From Naegleria gruberi (taxonomy: Eukaryota): a stretch of DNA of 64,000 nt. This document shows, in pieces, positions 50,610 through 61,398 of the stretch. The notes below the pieces were generated by a model that was not told the origin of the DNA, made no database searches, and saw only the letters and a program-made list of their open reading frames with translations. The DNA is taken from NCBI GenBank assembly GCA_000004985.1, contig GG738845.1. The stretch is one strand, 5' to 3'. The position numbers were made by a program, and so were the translations under genes. The number at the start of each line of letters is the position of its first letter. Position 1 is the first letter of the stretch.

Positions 50610-53600
50610 TCAGACTAACATTGAACCTCCACATAAATGCATAATTTCATATAGATCGCAAAGGACTGACTCAAAGTTTGGTCTTTCTTGAGGAATTTGA
50701 TGCCAACATTTTTGCATTAAATTCATATAATTGATAATTCCTTGAAGGGAATACTCGTCCAAGATTCGCTTTTCGTTTGGCTGTATAAACTCTCTTGACC
50801 AATGTTCCAATTGAGCATCATTTATAAATGGAATAGTTGGTCTTTTGCCTTTCACAATTTGAGTAATGACGTTGAAAGCGCTTCCTTCCTCAGTTTCCCT
50901 GAAAAAGTTCATCTTTTTGTGATTGTAAACTGTATATGGGTCTTCCTCAAAGAAGAGTGACCACATTATAATGCCGAAAGAGTAAACATCAAACTTGGAT
51001 GCATTTTTAAATCTATCCTCCCTTGCAAGAGATGACGACATGGAAACTTCTGATTGGATCGAACCTGCAAATGACTCATATGAAAAACCAGACATGTTAC
51101 CAACAAAATCAAAACTAGGTCTGTTATCAACAAAGTTCTCAGGCGGACAATAAAGAAGCGTACCTTTGTTGTAATAAATTAATTGTTTGAATTGTCAATA
51201 ATTGAAACCTACCAATATTAAGGGTCATACTTGTTTGTAAAGTATTATATCCAACCAACTTGGATAATCCAAAGTCGCATATTTTTACAGATCTGTGCTC
51301 ATCCAGGAGAATATTTTGTGGTTTTAAATCTCTGTGAGCAATAATATTTGGTTTCAATGTATGCAGATAATTCATTCCTCTACTCACTTCAACTAGAATA
51401 TTCAGCTTTTCCTTCAAGGTAAGTGTATTCTTTCCAAGTTTACACTCAGAAATAAGTTTATCCAAACTTCCACCTTTCATATATTCAATTACCATATACT
51501 TTTGGTTTGGATTTGGCACACAAAACCCAAATAATGTAACTATGCAGAATGAGGATACTATTTAAAATGTGATTCACTTACCAATATTTGGATGAGATAA
51601 ACTCATTAACAATGTTGCTTCCTTTTCAAATTCGTCATCATCATCTATTCCATCCTTCTTAATACTTTTAATAGCTACTTCCTTATTATTCCATTTGGCT
51701 TGATAGACCGTTCCCTGGCCTCCTTCACCAATCTTTTTAATAATCTTTATATCATCTGTTGAAATAATGAAAGTTTTTGGAGTTCTTGGGGACTCATCAT
51801 TTTCAAATATGATTCTCTTATCAAGAAGAACTTGTTCCATTTCCTTATCAGCTTGTTTTCTTCTTTTAAGCAATTGAGATTTATACCTTGCAAAGCATAT
51901 AAAAATAACTGCTATTAATGAAATTCCAGCAATAAAAGAGGAAAGAACTGAAGCAATCGGTATCCAATACCAAATATTGACGCACCCTGCTGCATCAAAT
52001 ATATACAAAGAAGGGCAATCAGTAACAATGACTTGAATTTTAGAATTAGCTCTCTGAAATTTTAAGGAAAGGGTGAATTTTTCAAAAGATTCTAACTTTT
52101 CATGAGAAAATATTGTAAACTCCATTCTTATTCCAGATTCACTTGCTTTTCCAGTTCGTAGCAAGTATTTAGAATTATCTGTTGAAATGGAGAGTAATCC
52201 ATTTGGTCCTTTAATTTTCTTACCATACACGTCGAGTGGATCTATGACTATGACCAAAGTTTGACCCAAATATGGAGATATCATCTTTTTTTCATCCATT
52301 TTCTCACCTGATATGGCGTCAAAGACTTGAAAATCAAATTTGAAACAAGGAGAAGAAACATCCTCATTCTCAAATAATGTGTCAGACCTGTTGGAATTTT
52401 TGAATATTGACTTGGGATTGGGAGACTCAGTGTATCCAATATTTCCCAATAATGCACTGTTATTGATAAACTCACAAGAATCCAGAAATGCAACAATAGC
52501 AAATTTTGCACCTTCACCCACATATACCACACCTCCTCTTTCTGCCACATTGTTCTCGAATATACTAGCAGTAAAACTTGCACCACCAACAATAAAAGCA
52601 ACACCTCCATAAGTGGTTGGGCTACCATTACCTATGAATTTGCTATTTTTCACATCCAAGAAGCTCTTTGTTTGATCTTGTTTAAACAATATTGCACTTC
52701 CTTCAGGTGCATTATTATAGTAAAAGTTACAATTTCTTATGCTAACCTTGTTATTGGTGAGGAAATTCAGCGCACCACCTTTACAATTTTCAAAAGTAGT
52801 GTTTAAAATGGCATGGTATTGTGATCCACTAAATGGCTTTAATGAACTTGAGGAAGCATCGTTATAATTAATGGCTCCAAGATTTGAAACAATATTTGAA
52901 AATATCGAATTTGATATCTCAAAATCGAAAATATCTCCAATTTTTAAGCAGTTTGCAGAAATATTGTAAAAATAACAATTTTTAACCTGTAGAGATTTTA
53001 CAGAAATAGCCATAATAAGAGTATCTGAAATTGATTCATGGAAGGTAAGACTATCAAGTGAAATACCCATCAATGAAGATGTGTATAAAAAAGGTGAATC
53101 AATCTTTAGACTGCAATTTTTGATGCTAACATAAACTGAAAATGAAATATGAAAAAGTGGATAAGGGATTAAGGAATTTTCTCTATCAGATCCCACATTA
53201 TCCATAGCTATATTTCTTGCTTGAGTAATGGAAATAAATGAATTATCAAGAGTAACCGTATTATGAAATACAATTTCATCTATCAATTCAATATATAAAA
53301 TGAATCGAATATCGGAATCTTCCCAAACAAGACTTCTAGAATTGGTAAAAAGGCATTCATTATAAGGGTAATAAATTCTATCAAATTTAAAACCAGTAAG
53401 GAAAATGGTATCGTATTGTGAAATCATAATTAGATTAGGAATCATATGAGATATATTTTTCATGTAAAAAGAAGTTGATTTACGAGGTTTCACTGGATCT
53501 GTCCTTTTTTCATCAGTAAATTCACCAAATATTAAAGAGGAAGCACTGTTGAATATACAATTTTCCATAATAACATTTGGTGAGTGAGATAGTTGAATTT

Positions 53601-54063
53601 TTGCATTTGTAAAGATTATATTCCTTGCCTCAAATGATGCAATACTTGGAGAATCAGGCAGTATGGAGGTCGTATAATCCTCACAACCAATCAGTCCATT
53701 AGGGTTTAGAGAATTTTCCAAAACAATTATATACGACAGATTGTCATTTTCAAATAAATTGGGAGGTGCACATTGAGAAACACTTTGTACTCTTAATATT
53801 ATCGTAAGTGTTGTAGTTTCATTGAAATATGTCGCATTAAGACTTTGATACAAATGATCCATAGCAGAAGGAATGCTTGGGCATAAATATAACGAATTTA
53901 ACCCATCTGAGCATTGATTGTAGTTTGAATCCAAATTATAAGAAAATGTTATTTTCTGCAATGCCGATATTCGACTGGCTACATTCAACATCATCCATAC
54001 CATGACTATTATCATGTACTGCAGCTGTTGCTGACTATATCGTGTTGTAGTAGCCTTAATCAT
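50610..54063 (-). CDS. Receptor-like Ser/Thr protein kinase: signal peptide, beta-helix (pectate-lyase-like) ectodomain, TM helix and kinase domain. Three exons: 54063..51582, 51539..51213 and 51163..50610.
   Basis: Parallel beta-helix repeats are present, for example 'NCNFYYNNAPEGSAILF' and 'FENNVAERGGVVYVGEGAKF'. The TM helix is 'SVLSSFIAGISLIAVIFICF'. The kinase domain reads 'IGEGGQGTVYQAKW...VAIK' and 'HPNIVTLFGFCVPNPNQKYMVIEYMKGGSL' across intron 1, then 'HRDLKPQNILL' and 'DFGLSKL', then 'GTLLYCPPE' across intron 2, then 'DVYSFGIIMW'. Intron 1 (+ coordinates 51540..51581) has donor GTAAGT. Intron 2 (51164..51212) has donor GTAGGT. Both are phase 1. Confidence 0.7.
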
Positions 54064-54614
54064 TCTAACAATAACAATAATTTAAATAATAATATAATTA
54101 TAATATATACAACGGTTGATTTGATGAGAGTATACACAAGATAATGATTGGAATTGTATCAATTTGAGAGGGTTTGATGAAGGTTGAATTTTGAGGTTTC
54201 TTCCCTCAATTTGCCTCAAAGAATCTTAAGATTTTTTTAAGATGATGAAAAATGAGGGTTCCTTTTTTACTACCAACTCGTTATCCACACCTTCACTACC
54301 TTATTGTGCATAACAGTAATAACTTTGGAGAAATGGAGCAGTGTAAGGATTGATAGTATTCAAGTTGAGTGGTTTGGTATGAATGGTTTAAGTTAGTGAA
54401 AGAGTTGATTTCAAAAAGGATGACCTTAATATGGTGCTTATTTCCTATAGATTTGAACTGAAACTTCAATCGCTGAATTGAAAATTTCAATTCTTCGATT
54501 CTGAAGGTACCCCCTATGCACAAAACAGAATCTTTTTGGAAGATAGATTTTGTAGATGTTGGTGTGACCAATTATTTTAATTTATAATATTATGAAGAAT
54601 GGACCTCCTAAAAT

Positions 54615-55733
54615 TTATGACGCAGTGGTGGTTGAAGATAAATAGGCTTGTTGGGTTTTTTGTAGGTTTTGGGAATGATAGAACCCTCCTCCCATATACA
54701 TGTTAATTTTACCTTGCACATCTATTCCAATATAGATATTTCTTGCTAACAAGTCCAATAATTGAATAAAATTTGGATTATTTCCAATGTAGATTTGTGT
54801 TTGGAATGAGAATGAATCGAATCCACATAGGTCTTGCTTACAAATCAATCCACTTATCATTGTTTGATTTTCAAATGTGTAGGATATGGGTGTTTCTATA
54901 TCATATTTTAAATGTTTAATACTGTCGAATAGCTTGATGTTTAACAATATTGAACTAATTTGGGTTGGAATCAAACTAGGGTTAAATCCTGATAGTACAA
55001 TGTTAAATCCAACAGTTCTATCTATGAATGGTAATTGATAAATTTGAATCTCTTCAATATAAATATAAGGTTGTAAAAATAATAAATTATACAGTAATGT
55101 TGTAATGAATAGTAATATTAAAATAATAACACTGGTGCTTGTCAAACAAAAAGACCATTTCCACTTTCGTATTTGTGAAACTTGTTTTAAAAGTGTATTT
55201 GTAGAATGTGATTCGTATTGTTTTCCTTCATATTCATCAGCCAGTGTCGTAATATGTCTATTAGTAATACGTTGCAACAAGGCTTGATTATCAAAATCAA
55301 TATTGCCATAATTATTCGGAATTTGATAATAATATTCTTGCTCCTGATCATTGTTATTAGGTGATAGAGGTCTAGTATTTGGTTCACTTGAATGTGTTGA
55401 TGAGGAATTTTGTTGTTGCTGTGGAGATTTAGATCTCATCATATTGGACAACATACTCGCTGATGATGATGCAATATTATTTTGATTCATCACTCCTCCT
55501 AAAGATGATCCACCTCCACTAACAACCTGTTGTTGTTGTTGTGTATTATTATGAGCAAAATAGAGAAAATCTTCATTGTCGGAATCATTAGAGTCATTAT
55601 CTTGATCGACAATATTGGCCAATGATTGCCGATTTATTGTTGTTTGTGTAGTGTTTAAAGATTGTTGATAGGATGATAGTGATGGCTGAAAGGAATTAAT
55701 TGATGATGCCATCGGGTTGTGTTGTTGATTCAT
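54615..55733 (-). CDS. Single-pass membrane protein with an N/Q/S-rich cytoplasmic N-terminus. The ectodomain is loosely LEA-2/NDR1-like.
   Basis: The TM helix is 'VIILILLFITTLLYNLLFL'. The A-run ATG at 55733 is the likely start, since the six-frame track's start at 55790 is non-ATG. Confidence 0.4.
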   Translation of the reverse strand: MNQQHNPMASSINSFQPSLSSYQQSLNTTQTTINRQSLANIVDQDNDSNDSDNEDFLYFAHNNTQQQQQVVSGGGSSLGGVMNQNNIASSSASMLSNMMRSKSPQQQQNSSSTHSSEPNTRPLSPNNNDQEQEYYYQIPNNYGNIDFDNQALLQRITNRHITTLADEYEGKQYESHSTNTLLKQVSQIRKWKWSFCLTSTSVIILILLFITTLLYNLLFLQPYIYIEEIQIYQLPFIDRTVGFNIVLSGFNPSLIPTQISSILLNIKLFDSIKHLKYDIETPISYTFENQTMISGLICKQDLCGFDSFSFQTQIYIGNNPNFIQLLDLLARNIYIGIDVQGKINMYMGGGFYHSQNLQKTQQAYLSSTTTAS

Positions 55734-55807
55734 TTTTTGTTTCTTTTTGATTTTTAAATGAAAGATATTTAAAGGAGAACTAAATAACAAAATGAATAAT
55801 CAAATGA

Positions 55808-56386
55808 TTAATCTTTTTTTACTTTAAAATTATTATCCAAAGTAGAAAGGATAATCGTAAATAATATCACAATAAGAGTCGTAAGGAGATTTAATTTAAT
55901 CACGTATGGAAGAATTGAAATTAATTTAATATTAATTTCAAATAAAATAATAAGAACAATTAATTTTTCCAAAATTGAAATTGATATATGTAATGCAATA
56001 CAAGTAAATCCAATATAGGGTCTATTAATATTGAATTTGGTCCAAAAAATTGTCAATAACATGGTAATAAACGGCACAGTGAATAATACATTAAAAATTG
56101 TTATGATAATATGGTAAAATATCTGTTCCGAAGTTAATTGTTTTGAAATAAATTCATAAATATCATTTGATGTATTCATTAAATTAAATTCTATTGGAAT
56201 TTGATTATTCAATTTGGTAGTAATAATAAAATATTCAATTAACACTATTGTCATTAATATTATTCCGAACATGACCATTGTTGCTAATCCACTCGAAGAA
56301 TTGGTATTAGTACTAGCATTGTGAATTGTTGTTGTTGTTGATGGTGTTGAAGAAGTAATTGTCTTGTTGGTATCTGATGAAGACAT
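55808..56386 (-). CDS. Small polytopic membrane protein with about four TM helices.
   Basis: Four hydrophobic helices are visible, and the ATG has an A-run context. Confidence 0.4.
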   Translation of the reverse strand: MSSSDTNKTITSSTPSTTTTIHNASTNTNSSSGLATMVMFGIILMTIVLIEYFIITTKLNNQIPIEFNLMNTSNDIYEFISKQLTSEQIFYHIIITIFNVLFTVPFITMLLTIFWTKFNINRPYIGFTCIALHISISILEKLIVLIILFEINIKLISILPYVIKLNLLTTLIVILFTIILSTLDNNFKVKKD

Positions 56387-56581
56387 TTTTTAATTTTAAA
56401 TTAAAATTGAAATCTTGAACTTTTTCATAAAGAAAAAAATACCATAATAATTAACGGGCATCAATTTCTGCTAAAATCTTTTATTGAATTATGGGAATGT
56501 GCAATGTGCAGTACTGAAGAATAATATATACAAAGTATTTAACCATATATTATACAGATACGATTGCTAGATTTTATTATG

Positions 56582-56908
56582 GATGCCAATCATTATTTAT
56601 TATTTGAATATTTCAAATTGCAAATATCCAAACAAGTTTATATAAATGTTGAAACTTTTAATCGAGATACCATTAGTGGAAATTTAGTAAATATTGATAA
56701 ATCATTGAATATGGAATTAAATAATGTAAATTATGTAAAATATAAACCTAAAATATTTACAAACAAACAAGTGATTGATAATTCAAAAACATTACAATTT
56801 AATCAAATGTATATTAAAGGAATTCATGTAAAATATATTTATTTAAATAATGAACCAGTAAAAACAGTGGAATATGTATTTGATTATAGTGTACGTATTA
56901 ATATTTGA
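56582..56908 (+). CDS. Sm-like protein of the LSm2/SmD1 type.
   Basis: The reading 'LLFEYFKLQISKQVYINVETFNRDTISGNLVNIDKSLNMELNNV...IKGIHVKYIYL' follows the Sm1/Sm2 motif pattern. The ATG is at 56582. Confidence 0.5.
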   Translation, partial: DANHYLLFEYFKLQISKQVYINVETFNRDTISGNLVNIDKSLNMELNNVNYVKYKPKIFTNKQVIDNSKTLQFNQMYIKGIHVKYIYLNNEPVKTVEYVFDYSVRINI

Positions 56909-57106
56909 ATTTAAATAATTTAATTTTTTCAATTGAAAAGAAACAAATTAAAATTTATTTTGATAATCAACACAAGAGAAAAAAGAAACAAACTGTCCAT
57001 CGACCCAAGCCAAGAACCATAATTTCTGACAAGATGATCATTCGAGATTATTAAAATTTATCCTTTTTTATATTCCTCAAGTCACAAAATTTCCTATTAT
57101 AAAAAA

Positions 57107-58027
57107 ATGTTCAAACAATCATCAAGCAAAATTCTACCATCACTCACATCGGTGAGCAAGAGATCATCATGGAATTTAATAATTAAAAAGAATTACTCTG
57201 CTCGTTTTTTTCAAACTAGACAATCAAAATCATTGCACGTTGCTTCTACCAACACTTCTGTTGCAACAAATTCATCATCACCATCATCCGTTGATATTCA
57301 TGAAGTGAACAAGTTTTCATTACTTGCAAGAACTAATGAATGGTGGAATCCTAATGGAGCTTTAAAAACTCTTCATCACATTAATCCAACACGTATGGAA
57401 TATATCCGATCACAAATTGTTAAACATTTTAATATCAGTGATAATACACATGAACCATTGAAGGGACTGAATATATTGGATGTTGGTTGTGGAGGCGGTC
57501 TTGTTTCTGAATGTTTGGCAAGATTAGGTGCTAATGTAACTGGATTGGATGCTTCTCTGGATAATATTAATATTGCCAGAACACATAATACTTCATTGAA
57601 TAATTTAAATTATATTCACTCTACAGTTGAAAATTTACTTTATAATAATGAAAGTACAAAATTCGATTGTATTGTATCAGTGGAAGTTATTGAACACGTA
57701 GCTCATGCTCAATCATTTGTTCATAATTTATCAAAATTGTTAAAACCTAATGGATTTCTCATTCTCAGTACAATGAACAGAACTCCAAAATCATACTTGT
57801 ATACCATTGTGATGGCAGAATATGTTTTAAATTTGGTACCTAGAGGAACACACGAATGGAGAAAATATGTTACTCCACAAGAAATGGTCATTTTCATGAA
57901 TCAAGCCAATGTCAAACTATATGATGTTCAAGGAATGGAATATAATCCACTCTTGAATAAGGCATTCATTGAAAAGAATACTGAAATTGATGTTAATTAT
58001 TTCATTACAGGTGTCAAGCAAGAATAA
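57107..58027 (+). CDS. Ubiquinone-biosynthesis O-methyltransferase COQ3/UbiG with a presequence-like N-terminus.
   Basis: The SAM-binding motif 'LNILDVGCGGGLVSECLARLGANVTGLDAS' is present, followed by 'DCIVSVEVIEHV'. The N-terminus reads 'MFKQSSSKILPSLTSVSKRSSWNLIIKK'. Confidence 0.65.
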   Translation: MFKQSSSKILPSLTSVSKRSSWNLIIKKNYSARFFQTRQSKSLHVASTNTSVATNSSSPSSVDIHEVNKFSLLARTNEWWNPNGALKTLHHINPTRMEYIRSQIVKHFNISDNTHEPLKGLNILDVGCGGGLVSECLARLGANVTGLDASLDNINIARTHNTSLNNLNYIHSTVENLLYNNESTKFDCIVSVEVIEHVAHAQSFVHNLSKLLKPNGFLILSTMNRTPKSYLYTIVMAEYVLNLVPRGTHEWRKYVTPQEMVIFMNQANVKLYDVQGMEYNPLLNKAFIEKNTEIDVNYFITGVKQE

Positions 58028-58054
58028 ATTTCAGGGTTCAACTCAATTGTAAAC

Positions 58055-59626
58055 ATGCAAATCTTTTTTGATAACTACGAGCAGTTGGTAGAATTGTTTT
58101 CCCGCCATTTTAAAAAGTTAAATATAAAAAAAATGCCTCAACTTCAATTAAATGTGTTGTTCAGCAATGGAAAGGCAATTTGCTTTTTCCCAACCACATC
58201 ACTACAAACAAGAGAAGAGTTTGAATTGTTCTTGGAAAGAGAGTATGAAAAATTCTATCCTACCGATAGTGTTGCTATAAAAAATGTACAATATCTTTAT
58301 GTAGATAAGAACAATACTCCGATCAAGTTTGAATTGCCAACAAATTGGGATGATATCATTTCAAAGTCTCCAGCTAGGTCTAATATTGTAGAAATAATAT
58401 TTGGCAAAAATCCAATGATTTTTGTGGAATTGGACAATCAACCAAAGCAAAACATTCAATACGAAATTGTTTCACCAATACCAGCATCATCTAGAAAAAA
58501 GCAAGTAGAACGTTCTACTATCAGCAATGTAGCAACTTCACTTGAATTCTCTACAAGTAGTGCAACAAGTAATGATGATGAAAAAGTTGTAATATTTGAA
58601 GAGGATGACGATTCAATTTTTGATAAGTTTATTGAAACTAAAGAATTGGAAAAGAAACAAACTATTTCCCCAGAAATTCCACAATCATCAGCAGTTGTCG
58701 ATAAAAAAGAGAATGAAACACCAGCCACCACCACTACAATTACATCAAACCAAAATTCTCAACCAAGTCAAGATTCTCCAGAAATTGATTTTGATGAAGA
58801 TATTATCTTTTCAGACAATGAGGAACAACATGTGGAAAAACAACTCTTCCCTGAGGAATCTGCACAAAAGAGTCAAGAATCTGACTCTATGGTTATTGAC
58901 GACCTATCTCCTCTTATGGATGACATATTGAGCCAATCAAATGAAGAACCTGTAAAAATGACTGATGAGCTTAATGAAGCACTCTGTACACAAGCTGTAG
59001 ATACACTCCTCACTCGTGATGAATCATCTCAAAAAGAAGAGGTTACCAAGAAGGTTGACCAACCAGAACAATCAAAGCAAAGTCAACCTCTATCAACACC
59101 TCAAAAATCATCATCTCAACCAAAATCTTCACAAGAGAAGAAGGTGGCACCAGTTTTTACTCCAAAATCCTCACAAGAGAGGAAACAGGAACAAAAAGCT
59201 ACTCCAAAATCCTCAACACAAGAGAAGAAAGTAATTACAACACCAAAATCTTCACAAGAAAAGGTAACAACTCCAAAAGCCTCTCAAGAACAAAAAGCCT
59301 CACAAGAGAAGAAACAAATTACAACCCCAAAAGCATCTTCACAAGAAAAGGCAATAACACCAAAATCCTCACAAGAGAAGAAACCAGCAACAAATGAAAA
59401 TAACTCAACCAACAAGCCAGTCAAACAATTAACACCAAAAACTCCTATCTCAATATTATCAAAGGTGAAGAATTACAAAACACCTAACCCTTCACAAAAT
59501 CCTAGAGAGCAAGTTGCAGAAAAATCAAAGAGCACAACCAAAAAGAGGAAGAGAGATCAACTTTCTTCTATCATTGCTAAAAAGGCCATCGACTCATTGT
59601 CTTCCAGTAAGAAGAAAAATAAATAG
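58055..59626 (+). CDS. Hypothetical protein with a Lys/Ser/Gln-rich tandem-repeat C-terminus, probably nuclear. The true start may be the A-run ATG at 58133.
   Basis: The ORF starts 27 nt after the COQ3 stop. The in-frame ATG at 58133 has the typical AAAAAAATG context. The C-terminus carries 'TPKSSQEKK' repeats and a 'KKRKRD' NLS-like element. Confidence 0.45.
   Translation: MQIFFDNYEQLVELFSRHFKKLNIKKMPQLQLNVLFSNGKAICFFPTTSLQTREEFELFLEREYEKFYPTDSVAIKNVQYLYVDKNNTPIKFELPTNWDDIISKSPARSNIVEIIFGKNPMIFVELDNQPKQNIQYEIVSPIPASSRKKQVERSTISNVATSLEFSTSSATSNDDEKVVIFEEDDDSIFDKFIETKELEKKQTISPEIPQSSAVVDKKENETPATTTTITSNQNSQPSQDSPEIDFDEDIIFSDNEEQHVEKQLFPEESAQKSQESDSMVIDDLSPLMDDILSQSNEEPVKMTDELNEALCTQAVDTLLTRDESSQKEEVTKKVDQPEQSKQSQPLSTPQKSSSQPKSSQEKKVAPVFTPKSSQERKQEQKATPKSSTQEKKVITTPKSSQEKVTTPKASQEQKASQEKKQITTPKASSQEKAITPKSSQEKKPATNENNSTNKPVKQLTPKTPISILSKVKNYKTPNPSQNPREQVAEKSKSTTKKRKRDQLSSIIAKKAIDSLSSSKKKNK
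59111..59390 (+). repeat. Degenerate in-frame tandem coding repeat of roughly 36-45 nt, CCAAAATCYTCACAAGAGAAGAAA and variants, in seven or eight copies.
   Basis: The DNA unit is visibly reiterated and encodes repeated 'TPKSSQEKK'/'TPKASQE' peptide units. Confidence 0.6.
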
Positions 59627-59833
59627 GTTTTCAGCATTACAACATTTATTGAAATACCTGGAGAACAATGATTAAGAGAGAACTTCACATGAACGATTTC
59701 TCAAAGTTTCCAACAGTTTAGGAGAGGTGATGCAAAATAGCCTAGGATTCTTATTGTTCAGGCAGATTCTATGAGATCCAAACATCGTGCAAAGAACAAA
59801 TTCAGGACACAATTACACATGACAAGAATGAAT

Positions 59834-61349
59834 TTAATCATCTTCATAATCACTATCACTATCCTCAATAGCACTGGTTTTCTTCTTTTTGGTTGGTGGT
59901 TTTGTAGGTCTCTTCTTCTTTTGGTTGGGTGTAACTTGTTTCTTTTCAAAAACAACTTTTTCATCATCTTCAGGAAGTGAAGGGACTGTTGGTATGTAAA
60001 AATTTTCGTCTTGAAACGTGTTCATATCACTAGGTTTGGCAAAAATGTCTATTATTTGGGATTCGTCTTCTAAATTCGAAGGATACAGAGCTGTTTTGAA
60101 TTCATTTTCACAATCGTTATCGTATTCATTTTCTCTTTCAATATACATTTCATTACAATCTATTTCATCAAAATCTGGAGAGAATGCACTCCAATTTTCC
60201 ACAACGTGTTTAGTCCAAAATAAAATATTAGCTCCAATGGTTGCCGTTACAACAACAGGTCTTATATATTTGAAATTTTGAGGATGACACGTTAATGCAG
60301 TTATATTTTCATTATATGGACATTCTAGAATTTTTACAAGCTCACCATAAATAATATATTCATAAATTAGTACTTTGCTTCCATTAGTTGCTAATAAATA
60401 ACTTGAATCATTGTGTACTGTTGTAGAATTCAAGAAGGAGCAGAGTGTATAATTTTCATGCATAATTGCATTCTTAAACTCCTTAATTTTTGTAAAGTTC
60501 ACAAACTCTCCATTTCTTGTCTTTTCAAACTCGACTTTAAAAACATGAATGGCCATTCTAGTATTCACTGCAATATACCCACCATTCTTTGAAAATTCTA
60601 ACTGTACAATAAAGTAAAACTTATTAGTTACTACTTGCTTTGATTTCAAATCAATATTGACATCTTCGGAAATGTGAAATGGTGTATCAACTGGATGTGA
60701 TTGAAATGGAACAACTCTTAATGTTTCTGTATTTACAACTACTATTTGTCCAACAGTGTTTCCGATGAATATATATTTTCCACAAGGTGTGAAAAGTCCT
60801 CCGACACAATCCTTTCTCTTTACCTTGTATTCATGAAGTTTGATTGGAAGTTGTCTCCTCTCATCAGTTTGCCAATTTACAAGAAAAGGTGGATTATCAA
60901 CTGTGCAACAAAGTACTAAACTCCTATTAAAACACATTAAAAATTATTGTAGTACTAAATAATACCTACTCATTAGATGGACAAAGGTAGGTTCTTATCA
61001 GTGGAGTTGGCATTTCAATTTTCTTTATACATCTACGTTCAATTATATCACAAATAAAAACCTTTGTAGAACAAGCCACCAGAATATATCTATAATCTTT
61101 AAACCATTCTATTGCAGAAATGGGATAAGATTCAATCATTGTTATATGTGAAATTAGCGAGAGAGTATCATAGTCATACACTCGCAAGGCTCCATCAACA
61201 CATCCGATGGCAATTAAATTTCCTCTATGATTAAATTTTACAGCAGTTCCCATCTTTTCTGCCTCGCTAAGACTAAAACCCTCTCCCAAGTCTTCCGGAT
61301 AGGCATCAATTAGCTTATCCAGCGAGGAACCCATCATTAAAATATTCAT
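59834..61349 (-). CDS. RbBP5/Swd1 WD40 subunit of the COMPASS/Set1 histone-methyltransferase complex. Two exons: 61349..60970 and 60923..59834.
   Basis: The N-terminus 'MNILMMGSSLDKLIDAYPEDLGEG...NHRGNLIAIGCVDGALRVYDYDTLSLISHI' parallels RbBP5. 'FWTKHVVENWSAFSPDFDEIDCNEMYIERENEYD' matches RbBP5 '[34 protein letters not shown]'. The intron (+ coordinates 60924..60969) has donor GTAGGT and acceptor TTAATAG, and phase checks. Confidence 0.75.
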
Positions 61350-61384
61350 TTTTTTTTAATAATAAATATTATTGTGTGATGTAG

Positions 61385-61398
61385 ATTTGGCGCCAAAT
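61385..61398. promoter_or_regulatory. E2F/DP-like site TTTGGCGCCAAATT.
   Basis: It lies 36 bp upstream of the RbBP5 ATG at 61349 on the minus strand. Confidence 0.45.

Noticed and set aside
54296-54571. A 91-aa minus-strand ORF between the kinase gene and the N/Q-rich membrane-protein gene.
   Set aside because: It has no start context, no recognisable domain, and lies in what is probably promoter or UTR sequence. Likely spurious.
55733-55810. Two minus-strand genes that appeared to be only 17 nt apart.
   Set aside because: The six-frame track starts the downstream ORF at a non-ATG codon (55790). The first real ATG, with an A-run, is at 55733, which gives a normal 74-nt spacing.
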